A stretch of 64,000 nucleotides of DNA from Fibrobacteria bacterium. Its GTDB lineage: Bacteria; Fibrobacterota; Chitinivibrionia; Chitinivibrionales; FEN-1185. The stretch is from contig JBBIGR010000001.1 of NCBI GenBank assembly GCA_037447435.1, positions 1-64,000 of the forward strand, given 5' to 3'. Positions 9,318 to 19,694 of this stretch are shown here, in pieces; the stretch's first letter is position 1; every line of letters starts with the position of its first letter. The translations under genes and the position numbers were made by a program. Under the pieces are notes generated by a model that saw nothing but the letters and a program-made list of their open reading frames with translations, was not told the DNA's origin and ran no database searches.

Positions 9318-10562
9318 ATGAAAAAGTCCGACCGGAAAAAGGCCGATTTCGTCGCCATTGCCGACGCCGATAATCAAGACAAACACAATGAGGATTTGGC
9401 TATAGCGCGGAAAATACAAGCGGCCATGGTCCCTTCCCGGCTTCCGGCGATCGACGGTCTTGAATGCGCTGCATTGTATCAGCCGTCATTGCATGTCGGC
9501 GGCGATCTTTTCGATATCGTGCAAATTTCCGACGATATTATTGCGATCACGATTTTCGATGTCGCCAGTAACGGGGTGCCTGCGGCGTTAATTTCCGCTT
9601 TGGCCAAAGTATCATTTGCAAATCAAACACGGCTCATCACGTCGCCGCGCATCGTCATGGAACGGGTAAACGAAGAAATGATCCGGAATGTCGATTCGAA
9701 TTATTTCATCACCGCCTGCGTCGCATACCTTGATTTACACGATAACAAACTGACGTATTGCAATGCGGCCCATCCATATCCGCTTATTTATCGAAGCGAC
9801 GCCAATACTCTCGAACATATCAAATCCACCGGCGTTTGCCTCGGCGTTTTTGAAAAAGGCCATTACGAAGAAAAGAGCCTTTATGTCGGTTCCGGCGATT
9901 GGCTTATGTTTTTCACCGACGGCATATACGGTCTCTATTCCAAAGATAACGAGCTTGCCGGCAGAAAGGGGTTCGAACAGGACCTGCTCGCATCGACCAA
10001 AAATCTTTCCCCTATTTCATTTATCTCGCAACTAAAGCATCGTTGCGAAAAAATCGGGTTGGATAAACTTACCGACGACGTATCCGCAGTCGGAATCGAA
10101 TTTCTAACGCAATCCCGAAAAGACCAAATAAAAGTAAAGCTCGGGTTCAACCCGACCGACCCGGTTTATTTGCAAACCATAAATTACTTCGAAGAAATGG
10201 ACAAGGCGACTTCAATTATCCTTTCGGCCATGGACGGGTTGGGGTATGCCGACGAAAGCATACGGAAAATGAAAATCATTCTGACCGAATTGTTTGCAAA
10301 TGCGATTTACCACGGCAACGACGGAGACCATACGAAACGGGTGATCATCGGCCATGTCATCGACAAAAAAAAGGTTTTGATTTCAATCATGGACGAAGGT
10401 TCCGGGTTCGATCCGAGTAAGGTCCCCGATCCCACCTTGCCCGAGAACCTTATAAAAGATTGCGGCAGAGGCCTTTACATTGTAAAAAACTATGCAGATT
10501 CCATGACATTCAATGAAAAGGGCAACCGAGTCACGATCACAAAATACCATGTTACCTCATAA
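9318..10562 (+). CDS. SpoIIE/PP2C phosphatase fused to RsbW-like HATPase_c domain
   Basis: ARKIQ, VGGDLFD, FTDG and DD motifs; C-terminal ELFANAIYHGN, DEGSGFD, GRGLYIV. Confidence 0.85.
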   Translation: MKKSDRKKADFVAIADADNQDKHNEDLAIARKIQAAMVPSRLPAIDGLECAALYQPSLHVGGDLFDIVQISDDIIAITIFDVASNGVPAALISALAKVSFANQTRLITSPRIVMERVNEEMIRNVDSNYFITACVAYLDLHDNKLTYCNAAHPYPLIYRSDANTLEHIKSTGVCLGVFEKGHYEEKSLYVGSGDWLMFFTDGIYGLYSKDNELAGRKGFEQDLLASTKNLSPISFISQLKHRCEKIGLDKLTDDVSAVGIEFLTQSRKDQIKVKLGFNPTDPVYLQTINYFEEMDKATSIILSAMDGLGYADESIRKMKIILTELFANAIYHGNDGDHTKRVIIGHVIDKKKVLISIMDEGSGFDPSKVPDPTLPENLIKDCGRGLYIVKNYADSMTFNEKGNRVTITKYHVTS

Positions 10563-11157
10563 CTTTTTACTGGGCATCGCTGGATATATGGGTTGCGGCA
10601 AATCAACATTCGCCGCATTGCTTTCCCGCTATGGCCTTCGTATCGTCGACGCGGACATCGAAGCAAAAAGCCTCATGACCGCAGACGGGGAAATTCATCG
10701 GCAATTAATCGACGCTTTCGGAAAAACGATCAAGACAAACACCGGCATTAATTTTTCCGAATTAGGGCGATTTGCGTTCGATTCGGAGCAAACCGTTAAA
10801 ACACTTAATAATATTGTTCACCCCAAACTTGTAAAACGGCTGCACGATTTGGTATTTTCAAATAACGGGCCCTGCATTTTAGATGCCGCGCTCATTCCCT
10901 TGTGGGGTATAGAAGATTGGTTCGATTCCTGCCTTTGGGTTTTCGCAGATCAATTAATTCGTGAGAAAAGGATTAAGGATAAAGCGATTCTGGCTCCGGA
11001 ACAAATCGTATTACGAATGAAAATCCAGGAATCCATTGTCCCGATACCGCAAGGACCCAAATGGTCGTTTTTATCAAACGATCGGAGTTTGGATATTTTA
11101 CGGTCCGCGGTAACGCTATTTATAAAAACCGAGGAAGAAAAGAGACAGCATTTATGA
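10549..11157 (+). CDS. coaE: Dephospho-CoA kinase
   Basis: LGIAGYMGCGKST, IVDAD, LNNIVHP. Confidence 0.85.
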   Translation: MLPHNFLLGIAGYMGCGKSTFAALLSRYGLRIVDADIEAKSLMTADGEIHRQLIDAFGKTIKTNTGINFSELGRFAFDSEQTVKTLNNIVHPKLVKRLHDLVFSNNGPCILDAALIPLWGIEDWFDSCLWVFADQLIREKRIKDKAILAPEQIVLRMKIQESIVPIPQGPKWSFLSNDRSLDILRSAVTLFIKTEEEKRQHL

Positions 11158-12176
11158 CGTTTCGAGTTTTTGTCTTAGTATCCGTCACTCTCTTCGTTGG
11201 CATTTTTCTTTGCTCCTGTTCATCACCGAAACAATCGAAAAAAGCCCTGTGTATCGTCGGAAACGATACTCTTTCTATTGTCGACATTTCGACGTTGGTA
11301 CCGGATTCGCTCGGCCTTTCGGAAAAAGTCTCGCGTGCGGCCTTGGAAATCGCATTGGCACAGGAAGCAAAGACACCGGATGCCGACAAAACGGACAAAA
11401 CGTTGTCCCAAGAATTGGCAAATCAATTGTCCCTGCAAACGGGATTTACCTGGAGTCCCAAGGCTTCTTACCGTTTGTTTTCCGCGGCCAAAATTGTCCG
11501 CAAAAAGTTTGGGGAAGGTTCCTCTGCACAGGCAATTGCAATTTCAATTGATTCCCTTTTTGCTCATTCGGTAAAGCTCGATACGGCTCTGCATAGAAAG
11601 CCGGCATCAAAAGACCCTCTTTTCGCAAGATTAACCGCGAAATTAAGCAGACAGGAACTTGAATCCGTTTTACAATCACTATTCGTTATTTCCGCAAAAA
11701 CGGCAAATGTACTTTCGGATTTTCTTCTTTCGCAAGATTCCAACGGCACCGCGCGGTCCGATGTCTCAAAACTTATCCGGGGACTAGTTGCCGACACCCA
11801 TCACGTCGAAAAGAAGACGGTAACGCAAAGTACGGCCGCTCCGGTTCAAAACACGCAAGATGCCAAACTGGCCCTCAAATACAGGCCTCAACAAATCATC
11901 AGCGATTCGATTAAAAAACATATTCCCAACCTTGAAGCTCTGTACAAAAAGCAATTAAAAATCCGGCCGGGAATGGCGGGAACGATATGGGTGACCTTTG
12001 AAATATCGCCCGACGGTAGTGTGGCTTCGGCAAAAATAAAAAACACCGAAATTAGTCAACGCGAGTTTTTAGTTCCTTTTTCAAATTACATACAGCGTAT
12101 TCGTTTTAACGCAATACCCAGCGCCGTAGGCATTATGACCTTTGAATTCCCTTTCGAATTTACACCGGAAAATTGA
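11154..12176 (+). CDS. Lipoprotein with C-terminal TonB-C/AgmX-PglI-like domain
   Basis: Lipobox-like FLCSC; C-terminal LYKKQLK..PGMAGTIWVTFEISPDGSV...FPFEF. Confidence 0.65.
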   Translation: MTFRVFVLVSVTLFVGIFLCSCSSPKQSKKALCIVGNDTLSIVDISTLVPDSLGLSEKVSRAALEIALAQEAKTPDADKTDKTLSQELANQLSLQTGFTWSPKASYRLFSAAKIVRKKFGEGSSAQAIAISIDSLFAHSVKLDTALHRKPASKDPLFARLTAKLSRQELESVLQSLFVISAKTANVLSDFLLSQDSNGTARSDVSKLIRGLVADTHHVEKKTVTQSTAAPVQNTQDAKLALKYRPQQIISDSIKKHIPNLEALYKKQLKIRPGMAGTIWVTFEISPDGSVASAKIKNTEISQREFLVPFSNYIQRIRFNAIPSAVGIMTFEFPFEFTPEN

Positions 12177-12181
12177 TTTTT

Positions 12182-13558
12182 ATGTTAAAAGAACATCCCT
12201 CCTTTGTAAAGCAATCGATCGCAGCCCTCGACACAGCCCTTATTTTCGGGTCTTTCGCTGCAGCCTATTTCTGCGTGCAACCGTTCAAACCGCTATCTCC
12301 GCTTTTCACCTATTGGCCCATGTTTATCGGGTTTATCGGGTTTTATCTCTATTTTGCGTGGACCAGGGACCTTTTCTCTGTGTTGCAATTTAACTGGATG
12401 AGCCATCTTTTTACCCGGGTCGTCATGATCTTTGTTTCCGCGGGAATGCTCGGAGCGGCAATTTTGTATATACTGCCCGACACCTACAACAGCCGTACGC
12501 TTTACCTAGTATTCGCCTCGATATCGTTTATTATAATTTTTTACGAGAAAATCATCGTCAAAGCTTTCTTTTTGTTTTTACGCAAGCGGGACAAGAACAT
12601 AACCCCGGTGATAGTCTTTGGCCGGGGAAGAATGACTGCAAATTTAAACAAAGAAATTCTTTGTCATCCCGAATGGGGCTTTCGCGTCATAAAAACGCTA
12701 GACATTTCATCATCAATTTCCAGGTTTGAAGACACTCTAAAGAAAAATTATGTCGAAGAAGTGTTTTTTTGCCTTCCCCGGCATGTGACGAAAAATGGAT
12801 TCATCATCGACCCGTATTTGCAGGTTTGCGAGGACATGGGGCGCCCGGCGCGGGTGTTTCTCAACATACTCGACTCGACCCGCTTTGCAAATTGGAAATA
12901 TCATAAATTTCTCGAAAGACCCACGATCATTTCGCATACGGTTGAGCTCGATCCCGATCAGTTGTTATTCAAACGGCTTTTTGATTTGGCCGGTTCATTT
13001 GTCGGCCTTTTCATTTTAGGCCTCACGTTTCCTTTCTTGTCCGTCATTATTAAAACAACCTCAAAAGGTCCTGTTTTTTTTAGGCAGGTTCGCGTCGGTC
13101 GAAACGGAAAGCGGTTCCTTATTTACAAATATCGCTCGATGGGCGCCGATGCCGAAGAACGTAAAAAAGACCTTCTTGCGCACAATGAACTTGAAGGCGC
13201 TGTCTTTAAAATGAAAGACGATCCGCGGGTAACGCCGATCGGTAAATTCATGCGGAAATTATCGCTTGATGAATTACCGCAATTCATCAACGTGTTCAAA
13301 GGCGATATGAGTCTTGTCGGAACAAGGCCGCCGACGGTCGATGAAGTTACCAATTATCAAAAATGGCATTATCGTCGGATGAGCATACGCCCCGGAATTA
13401 CCGGCTTATGGCAGGTATCCGGAAGAAATAAAATTTCCAATTTCAACGAAATCGTCCGACTTGACCTTAAGTACATAGATTCCTGGAGCATTTGGCTCGA
13501 CATTAAAATTATTATTCGAACTATTTTTGTCGTGTTTCAGCGCGATTCGGCATTTTAA
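12182..13558 (+). CDS. Polyprenyl-phosphate sugar phosphotransferase (WcaJ/CpsE-like)
   Basis: KRLFD, FRQVRVG, YKYRSM, DPRVT, SLDELPQFINV, GDMSLVGTRP, PGITGLWQV. Confidence 0.9.
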   Translation: MLKEHPSFVKQSIAALDTALIFGSFAAAYFCVQPFKPLSPLFTYWPMFIGFIGFYLYFAWTRDLFSVLQFNWMSHLFTRVVMIFVSAGMLGAAILYILPDTYNSRTLYLVFASISFIIIFYEKIIVKAFFLFLRKRDKNITPVIVFGRGRMTANLNKEILCHPEWGFRVIKTLDISSSISRFEDTLKKNYVEEVFFCLPRHVTKNGFIIDPYLQVCEDMGRPARVFLNILDSTRFANWKYHKFLERPTIISHTVELDPDQLLFKRLFDLAGSFVGLFILGLTFPFLSVIIKTTSKGPVFFRQVRVGRNGKRFLIYKYRSMGADAEERKKDLLAHNELEGAVFKMKDDPRVTPIGKFMRKLSLDELPQFINVFKGDMSLVGTRPPTVDEVTNYQKWHYRRMSIRPGITGLWQVSGRNKISNFNEIVRLDLKYIDSWSIWLDIKIIIRTIFVVFQRDSAF

Positions 13559-13584
13559 CTCTCAATGTATTCTTCAGGAAAGCC

Positions 13585-15108
13585 ATGAAATCATCTTGCT
13601 TTTCGGTTAAATTATTTCTTTTCCTAGCCCTCCCGGTTTTCGCTTATGGCGTTCAACTTGATAACTGGCGTTTTCCGTTCTTCGAACTGGCGAGCAGAAT
13701 AGGCTATGCGAAATCATCGCCAAGCGGAATGTTTTGGGATAACTTGAACCAACTTGACAGTAGCAAAACGCTTTTCGATCTTTCTCTTGTGCCCGACTCT
13801 GCTCGATATAATGCCAATCACTGGAATCTGGAACCCGCAATTTCTTACAGTTCCCAAAACGCAAATTCCTTTTACGGGAAAAACTCCGATTTTCATCTAT
13901 CGGCTCTCAACGATATTCGGTACAATGAATTTTCGACTCGTCAAGTTCTTGACGTTGATTCCCGATACCCGGATGACCCCGGATTTATTTGGAATAAAGG
14001 CAGATTCGCCGCCGGACGAATTTCCGAAGCGTATCTGGAATACGGTTTAAAGTCGGGTTTTTTACGATTTGGAAGGATGAACCGCAATTGGGGACCGTTC
14101 GCAGACCGAAGCCTTGTTCTTTCGGCAAACCCCTACAGCTATGACGGACTGGAATTCGGGCTGCATTCTTCTTTATTCGAATTTCGCCATATGTTCGCGA
14201 TGTTTCCGCAAGCAAGTGTCGGCTATGATCTTGCACAGTCCGATGCAAGCCGGTATTTCACCGCACATTCATTAAATTTCATGCTTGGTAAATTCGGCTC
14301 CGTCGGCGTTACCGAAGCCGTTGTGTTCGGGAGAAAAAACGGATTGCCCGATATGCAATATGTCAATCCCATTTCCATTTATTTTGTTACAAATACGAAT
14401 AGTGAAGGGACCGGCAACCTTATGGAATGTTTTCAATGGAACCTGCATCCTTTTCTGCAAAATATAGCCTTAAAAGGGCAGGTTTTAATCGATGACATTC
14501 AAATCGACGACAAATCTGTCGCCGATCAAAAACCAAATCACTGGGGCACCGATCTCGGTGTTTTTTGGAATGATTTTTTGCCCACGTCTCTTTCGCATGT
14601 GCTCTCCCTTGAATATCGGTTTTTATCCCGCTGGGTTTATACTATTTCCGACGACAACACAGTAAGCGGCGAACGGTATACATATCTTGGAAAAAGCCTT
14701 GGTTATCCGACCGATGACGGAGATAATATTAACGTTTGCTTTACGATATCCGGCAAAAAATTTTGGGCAGGTCAGGCGGGACTCAGCTATAATCGCCAAG
14801 GACAGGGAACTATATCCGCGAAATGGAATGATGACAGCCTGTCTCTTTACGACCCTTCAAAATACGCAAGAGACGCACTCGGATATCGGATCGAACCGTC
14901 TATTCCTTCAGGTATCGTCGAAAGCACTATTGATTTTTATGTGAATGCCATCGGATATTATAAAAATTTCCTCGACATTCAGGCGGCTTTGCATTTACGA
15001 CAGATAACCAATAAAAACAATATCCGCGCCGCGGCCCAGTTTGACCCATTGGTTTCCATTACGCTAAGCTTGCATTACAGTAACTTTTTTATTTCCTTAC
15101 CGCAATGA
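13585..15108 (+). CDS. Capsule assembly Wzi-family outer-membrane protein
   Basis: Signal peptide; EAYL..FGR..RNWGP...LVLSAN; LGYP; follows a sugar transferase. Confidence 0.6.
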   Translation: MKSSCFSVKLFLFLALPVFAYGVQLDNWRFPFFELASRIGYAKSSPSGMFWDNLNQLDSSKTLFDLSLVPDSARYNANHWNLEPAISYSSQNANSFYGKNSDFHLSALNDIRYNEFSTRQVLDVDSRYPDDPGFIWNKGRFAAGRISEAYLEYGLKSGFLRFGRMNRNWGPFADRSLVLSANPYSYDGLEFGLHSSLFEFRHMFAMFPQASVGYDLAQSDASRYFTAHSLNFMLGKFGSVGVTEAVVFGRKNGLPDMQYVNPISIYFVTNTNSEGTGNLMECFQWNLHPFLQNIALKGQVLIDDIQIDDKSVADQKPNHWGTDLGVFWNDFLPTSLSHVLSLEYRFLSRWVYTISDDNTVSGERYTYLGKSLGYPTDDGDNINVCFTISGKKFWAGQAGLSYNRQGQGTISAKWNDDSLSLYDPSKYARDALGYRIEPSIPSGIVESTIDFYVNAIGYYKNFLDIQAALHLRQITNKNNIRAAAQFDPLVSITLSLHYSNFFISLPQ

Positions 15109-15860
15109 CGTCAAAAACAAAACCATCAAACGAGCCTTTTACAATGCCTCCGCAGCCCGTAGCGACTGTTAAAGCCGCGGCCATTGAAAAACAAATCATA
15201 GGCATTTTAAAACGATTGATAAAAAAGTCACCTGTCTCATGCACGGAACCCGATTTTCGTAAAAATTATGAAAAAGCAATGAGCCTGTTTGCCGATTATC
15301 AAAATTCCGTTTTAGCGGGTTATCCGTTGAAAGTGACCTGCGGCCCGAAATGCGGCGTATGCTGTTATCATTGGGCGGAAGATACGTACTCTTTTGAAGT
15401 GCTGAATTTGGCCCAATACTTGAAACAAAACCGAAAAGCCGACATCAAAAGCATTTGCGATACGCTCAAGGGTGATATCGCCTGCTTAAAAAAAATCAAA
15501 GCCACGGTCAGTAAAAAATTAAAAGACCCAAAACAAAAAGCGGCTCTCGGCGATGCCGACCCGTACGACCTCGTGTTGTCGAGTTTTTACCGCTTCAAGC
15601 GCCCCTGCCCGTTATTGACAAAAGACGGTTCGTGTTCCGTTCATCCGATACGGCCTCTTACCTGCCGCGTTTACATAAGCTTTTCCGCAAAGGAATATTG
15701 CAGGCCTTCGCGGATCGTTAGCGACAAGGCATTAACGTATTTGCTTGATCTGGAACAGGACGCCAGCGACCTTTTCGACGAGCTACATTTTATGTACGAT
15801 CTTTTTGACGGCGATACCAGCTTCAGATCCATGCTGTACCGCGCCCTGCAGCAAAAGTAA
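15105..15860 (+). CDS. YkgJ-family cysteine cluster protein
   Basis: CGPKCGVCC and CPLL...CSVHPIRPLTCR. Confidence 0.75.
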   Translation: MTSKTKPSNEPFTMPPQPVATVKAAAIEKQIIGILKRLIKKSPVSCTEPDFRKNYEKAMSLFADYQNSVLAGYPLKVTCGPKCGVCCYHWAEDTYSFEVLNLAQYLKQNRKADIKSICDTLKGDIACLKKIKATVSKKLKDPKQKAALGDADPYDLVLSSFYRFKRPCPLLTKDGSCSVHPIRPLTCRVYISFSAKEYCRPSRIVSDKALTYLLDLEQDASDLFDELHFMYDLFDGDTSFRSMLYRALQQK

Positions 15861-15983
15861 TACCCTGGTTTTTTAGCGTAAAAATAATCCTGTTTTAATT
15901 TTAAAAACACGACAAAATCATATGCGCGTAAATTGTGCAACTCCCAAAATGTATTTTTTAATAAACGGAATACCCGGAGGAAT

Positions 15984-17144
15984 ATGGCTGAAAAACTCAT
16001 TTATTTGGATAATAACGCGACTACCGCCGTTGCGCCCGAAGTCCTTGACGCGATGCTTCCTTATTTAACTCAACAGTACGGTAACCCGTCGAGCATGCAC
16101 CGCTTCGGCGGTACGGTTCGCTATGCCGTTGACAAGGCCCGAAGCCAGGTGGCCGATCTTCTCGGATGCAGCCCCCGGGAAATCATCTTTACTAGTTGCG
16201 GTTCAGAAAGCGACAGTATGGCCATTGTCGGGTTTACAAAAGCGCATAAGGCGAGAACACGGATCATCACGTCGACCGTCGAACATCCTGCGGTGCGCAA
16301 CCTGTGCGCAAGCCTCAAAGCAGAGGGGCACGAGACCATCGAAATCGGCGTCGACGCAAACGGACTTTTACGCAAGGAAATGCTTGACCATCTGCCTCTG
16401 GATCAGGATACGCTTTTATCGCTTATGTGGGCGAACAATGAAACCGGCGTATTGTTTCCCGTCGAAGAACTTGCCCAAACAGCTCACGACAAAGGCGCTT
16501 TATTCCACACCGATGCGGTACAGGCTGTTGGAAAAATCCCGATGAATTTGTCCGCAACCGCAATAGACCTTCTTTCGTTGTCGGGCCACAAAATTCACGC
16601 CCCAAAAGGCGTGGGTGCTTTATATATACGAAAAGGAACAAAGCTGTCGCCCTTTCTTGTCGGCGGCCACCAGGAACACGGCATGCGTGCGGGAACCGAA
16701 AACGTCGCATCCATCGTCGGACTCGGTAAAGCATGCGAATTGGCAAAGGCGCATATTGCCGACGAAAATACCCGTATAAAGAAATTGCGGGATCGGCTTG
16801 AAGCGGGATTGCTTGCCACCTGCGAAGGAGCGCATAGAAACGGTGACGCAGTATTACGGCTTCCTAATACCTCCAACGTCTCTTTTGAATTCATCGAGGG
16901 CGAAGGAATTTTATTGTTACTTGACGAAAAGAATATCGCCGCATCCTCCGGATCCGCCTGTACGAGCGGTTCGTTGGAACCGTCGCATGTGATGATGGCG
17001 ATGGGAGTGCCTTATACGCTCGCCCATAGCTCCACCCGCTTCAGCCTGAGCCGATACTCCACAGACGCAGATGTCGACGCGGTGCTTGCGATCATGCCGG
17101 CTATCGTTGCCCGTTTGCGGAAACTTTCACCTTATGTAAAGTAG
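15984..17144 (+). CDS. nifS: Cysteine desulfurase NifS/IscS family
   Basis: YLDNNATT, GNPSS, HTDAVQ, SGHKIHAPKG, SSGSACTS; GGAGG RBS before ATG 15984. Confidence 0.92.
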   Translation: MAEKLIYLDNNATTAVAPEVLDAMLPYLTQQYGNPSSMHRFGGTVRYAVDKARSQVADLLGCSPREIIFTSCGSESDSMAIVGFTKAHKARTRIITSTVEHPAVRNLCASLKAEGHETIEIGVDANGLLRKEMLDHLPLDQDTLLSLMWANNETGVLFPVEELAQTAHDKGALFHTDAVQAVGKIPMNLSATAIDLLSLSGHKIHAPKGVGALYIRKGTKLSPFLVGGHQEHGMRAGTENVASIVGLGKACELAKAHIADENTRIKKLRDRLEAGLLATCEGAHRNGDAVLRLPNTSNVSFEFIEGEGILLLLDEKNIAASSGSACTSGSLEPSHVMMAMGVPYTLAHSSTRFSLSRYSTDADVDAVLAIMPAIVARLRKLSPYVK

Positions 17145-17149
17145 TAACC

Positions 17150-18061
17150 ATGATTCAAATTTCAGATAAAATTCAAGAGCTCAAAAAACAAAAAAATGCC
17201 GTTATTTTGGCACATACCTATCAAACCGGCGATGTTCAGGATATTGCGGATTTTGTCGGCGATTCGTACGGTTTGAGCGTAGAGGCGACAAAAGTAAAAG
17301 CGGATACGATCATTTTCTGCGGCGTAATGTTCATGGCCGAAACCGCGGCCATTTTGAACCCGGTAAAAACGGTCATCATTCCTGAACCGAAAGCGGGATG
17401 CCCGATGGCAGACATGATCGAAGCCGACGATCTTATCGCGTTAAAACGGAAATACCCCGGCCATATCGTTATCTGCTATGTCAATTCCACCGCGGAAATC
17501 AAGGCGCTTTCCGACATTTGCTGTACCAGTTCGAACGCCTTAAAAATCGTCAATCAAATCCCCAAGGAACAAGGAATAATTTTTATTCCCGATAAACATT
17601 TGGGAAGTTGGGTCGAGCAGGAATCGGGCCGCGAAATGGTTTTATGGGACGGGTTTTGTCCCACTCACGTGCGGATCACTCCGGATATGATTGTGGCGGC
17701 AAAAAATGAGCACCCCCATGCATCGGTCCTTATTCATCCGGAAGCGCCGAAAGCTTCCCGCGCCCATGCCGACAAAGTCTTTTCCACCGGCGGAATGTGT
17801 GATTTTGTCAAGACCGACCCGGGCAATGAATATATTATCGCCACCGAAACCGGCATACTGCATACGTTGCAAAAACAAAACCCTTTGAAAAAATTTTTTC
17901 CTGCAACGGATATTGCCGTTTGCCCGAACATGAAAAAAACCACGTTGGAAAAAATTGCCGACGCATTGGAGGGTTTTGGCGGTTTGCGCGTTTCCGTAGA
18001 TCCCGGTGTTGCGGAAAAAGCGAAAAAAAGCCTTTTGAGAATGTTGGAAATGAGTAAGTAA
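17150..18061 (+). CDS. nadA: Quinolinate synthase A
   Basis: ILAHTYQ, FCGVMFMAE, GCPMAD, YVNS, CPTH, CPNMK. Confidence 0.93.
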   Translation: MIQISDKIQELKKQKNAVILAHTYQTGDVQDIADFVGDSYGLSVEATKVKADTIIFCGVMFMAETAAILNPVKTVIIPEPKAGCPMADMIEADDLIALKRKYPGHIVICYVNSTAEIKALSDICCTSSNALKIVNQIPKEQGIIFIPDKHLGSWVEQESGREMVLWDGFCPTHVRITPDMIVAAKNEHPHASVLIHPEAPKASRAHADKVFSTGGMCDFVKTDPGNEYIIATETGILHTLQKQNPLKKFFPATDIAVCPNMKKTTLEKIADALEGFGGLRVSVDPGVAEKAKKSLLRMLEMSK

Positions 18062-18137
18062 CCTCGTCGGTATCGGCTTTATTTTTGTTAAAAACGATCC
18101 CCTTAAGCGGCGATGAAGACGGGCAGTCCCGGTTTCT

Positions 18138-18911
18138 TTACTGTTTTCCTCTCATTCCATATTGAATGCTTGTGTTGATCATATGGTTTCCGCCGTTTTG
18201 AGTAAGAAAAATTCTTGTTGTCGGACTCTGCCATGTAGTTTTGCAGGTTAAAAATCCCAAGGATATTGCAAACCCCCAATTTTTTTCTTCGGCTTTATAT
18301 ATATCGTTTGTCCAATTTTTTTCATCGGTCACCGGCGCATTGTACATTTGGCGTAAAAACGACTTTAATGCCTTGTAATCCTCATAAAAACGGGACGGAT
18401 TAACATCGTCCTGCTCAATGACGTATTCGGCACTCGTCAACTTATTTTCCGAAAACTTGTACTGGATTTTACAGTTTAGGCCCAGCAAGGTGAATTTATA
18501 CTCAACCATATCCTTTTTGTCCGACAATAATTGAAGCTTTTCGGTTTTTTTTACCTCGTCCCGGCTCATTCCCCATTTTGCTTTACGAACATCGAAACCC
18601 TTGTCGCCTTTTATCACGTCGACCAGCGCGGTTCGAGGCGGCTCGTCTTCGGCTTCCTGCTTCGCATTGACCGAATATCCGCCGCTATTCCCAGATGTCA
18701 AATCGAATTTATTGTCCGACGACGCTTCCGCAGTATTGGGTTTACCAAGCTTGTCGGCGAGTTTGTCGCTCAGCGTAACGTAATGCCAGGTTCCGTCGTC
18801 TCTTAAAATCACTTGTTTACCGTCCGGTGTTGTTGCACGCTGTTCGGCAAAAACGCTTAAACAAATGAATGATAGTGTCACCCACGTTTTCAGACCAAGA
18901 AGATGTCGCAT
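18138..18911 (-). CDS. Hypothetical secreted protein
   Basis: Signal peptide then ATTPDGKQVILRDDGTWHYV; later ..KWGMSRDEVKKTE. Start 18911 preferred. Confidence 0.65.
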   Translation of the reverse strand: MRHLLGLKTWVTLSFICLSVFAEQRATTPDGKQVILRDDGTWHYVTLSDKLADKLGKPNTAEASSDNKFDLTSGNSGGYSVNAKQEAEDEPPRTALVDVIKGDKGFDVRKAKWGMSRDEVKKTEKLQLLSDKKDMVEYKFTLLGLNCKIQYKFSENKLTSAEYVIEQDDVNPSRFYEDYKALKSFLRQMYNAPVTDEKNWTNDIYKAEEKNWGFAISLGFLTCKTTWQSPTTRIFLTQNGGNHMINTSIQYGMRGKQ

Positions 18912-19053
18912 AGTTTCGTTCGTCCTTTCAGTTTCTCCATTCATTGTACCATGAAAGACCGGTTTTTTCAATGCACGAAATGAAACGGGGTTTCAAAAGG
19001 AAGTCCGGCAAGATCATCCGTTATATTTGAGGGGGGCGAAGGTATCCATTTCT

Positions 19054-19677
19054 TTACCCAAGGTAATCAGCGGAAACGGCCAATACTTCTTTTAAAATTC
19101 TTCGGGGATTTTGCGACTGCGTAATCGGACGCACCATACAAAAATTTTTTGCGCCCGCGGCAAGGACAAGCCGTAAATTTTCCAAGGTGATTCCCCCGAT
19201 GGCGACGGCCGGGACCGAAGCGGAGGAAAGCATCCGTTTCATTCCCTCCAGGCCGATAGTGGGGTCCGGATTTTTCTTGGTCGGCGTCGCATATACGGGC
19301 CCCATACCCACGTACTGCGGACTAAGCGCACAAGCCGAAAGCATTTGCGCTTGTGAATGGGTGGATATCCCGATAATCGCATCGGGGCCAACGATTTCGC
19401 GCGCTTTTAAATACGGCATGTCGCCTTGACCGATATGAACCCCGTCGGCATGAACGGCTTTGGCGATATCCGGAGTATCGTTAATGATCAGTTTGGTGTC
19501 CGTCCCTGAGGTGATTTTCCGCATGCGCTCTGCCGTCTCAACAACCGTCCGGAGAGGAACGTCCTTCATTCGCAATTGGACAAATGCGATTTTATGATCC
19601 ACCATTAATTGCGTGCAATAGTCATAACCCCTCACCGGATCCGTGAGTACCGCATAAAAACCGAAAGGCCGCATCAT
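19054..19677 (-). CDS. thiE: Thiamine-phosphate synthase
   Basis: VQLRMK, IIND, ADGVHIGQGD, GISTH, TPTK, AIGGI. Confidence 0.9.
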   Translation of the reverse strand: MMRPFGFYAVLTDPVRGYDYCTQLMVDHKIAFVQLRMKDVPLRTVVETAERMRKITSGTDTKLIINDTPDIAKAVHADGVHIGQGDMPYLKAREIVGPDAIIGISTHSQAQMLSACALSPQYVGMGPVYATPTKKNPDPTIGLEGMKRMLSSASVPAVAIGGITLENLRLVLAAGAKNFCMVRPITQSQNPRRILKEVLAVSADYLG

Positions 19678-19694
19678 TGGAAAAACAATCCATT

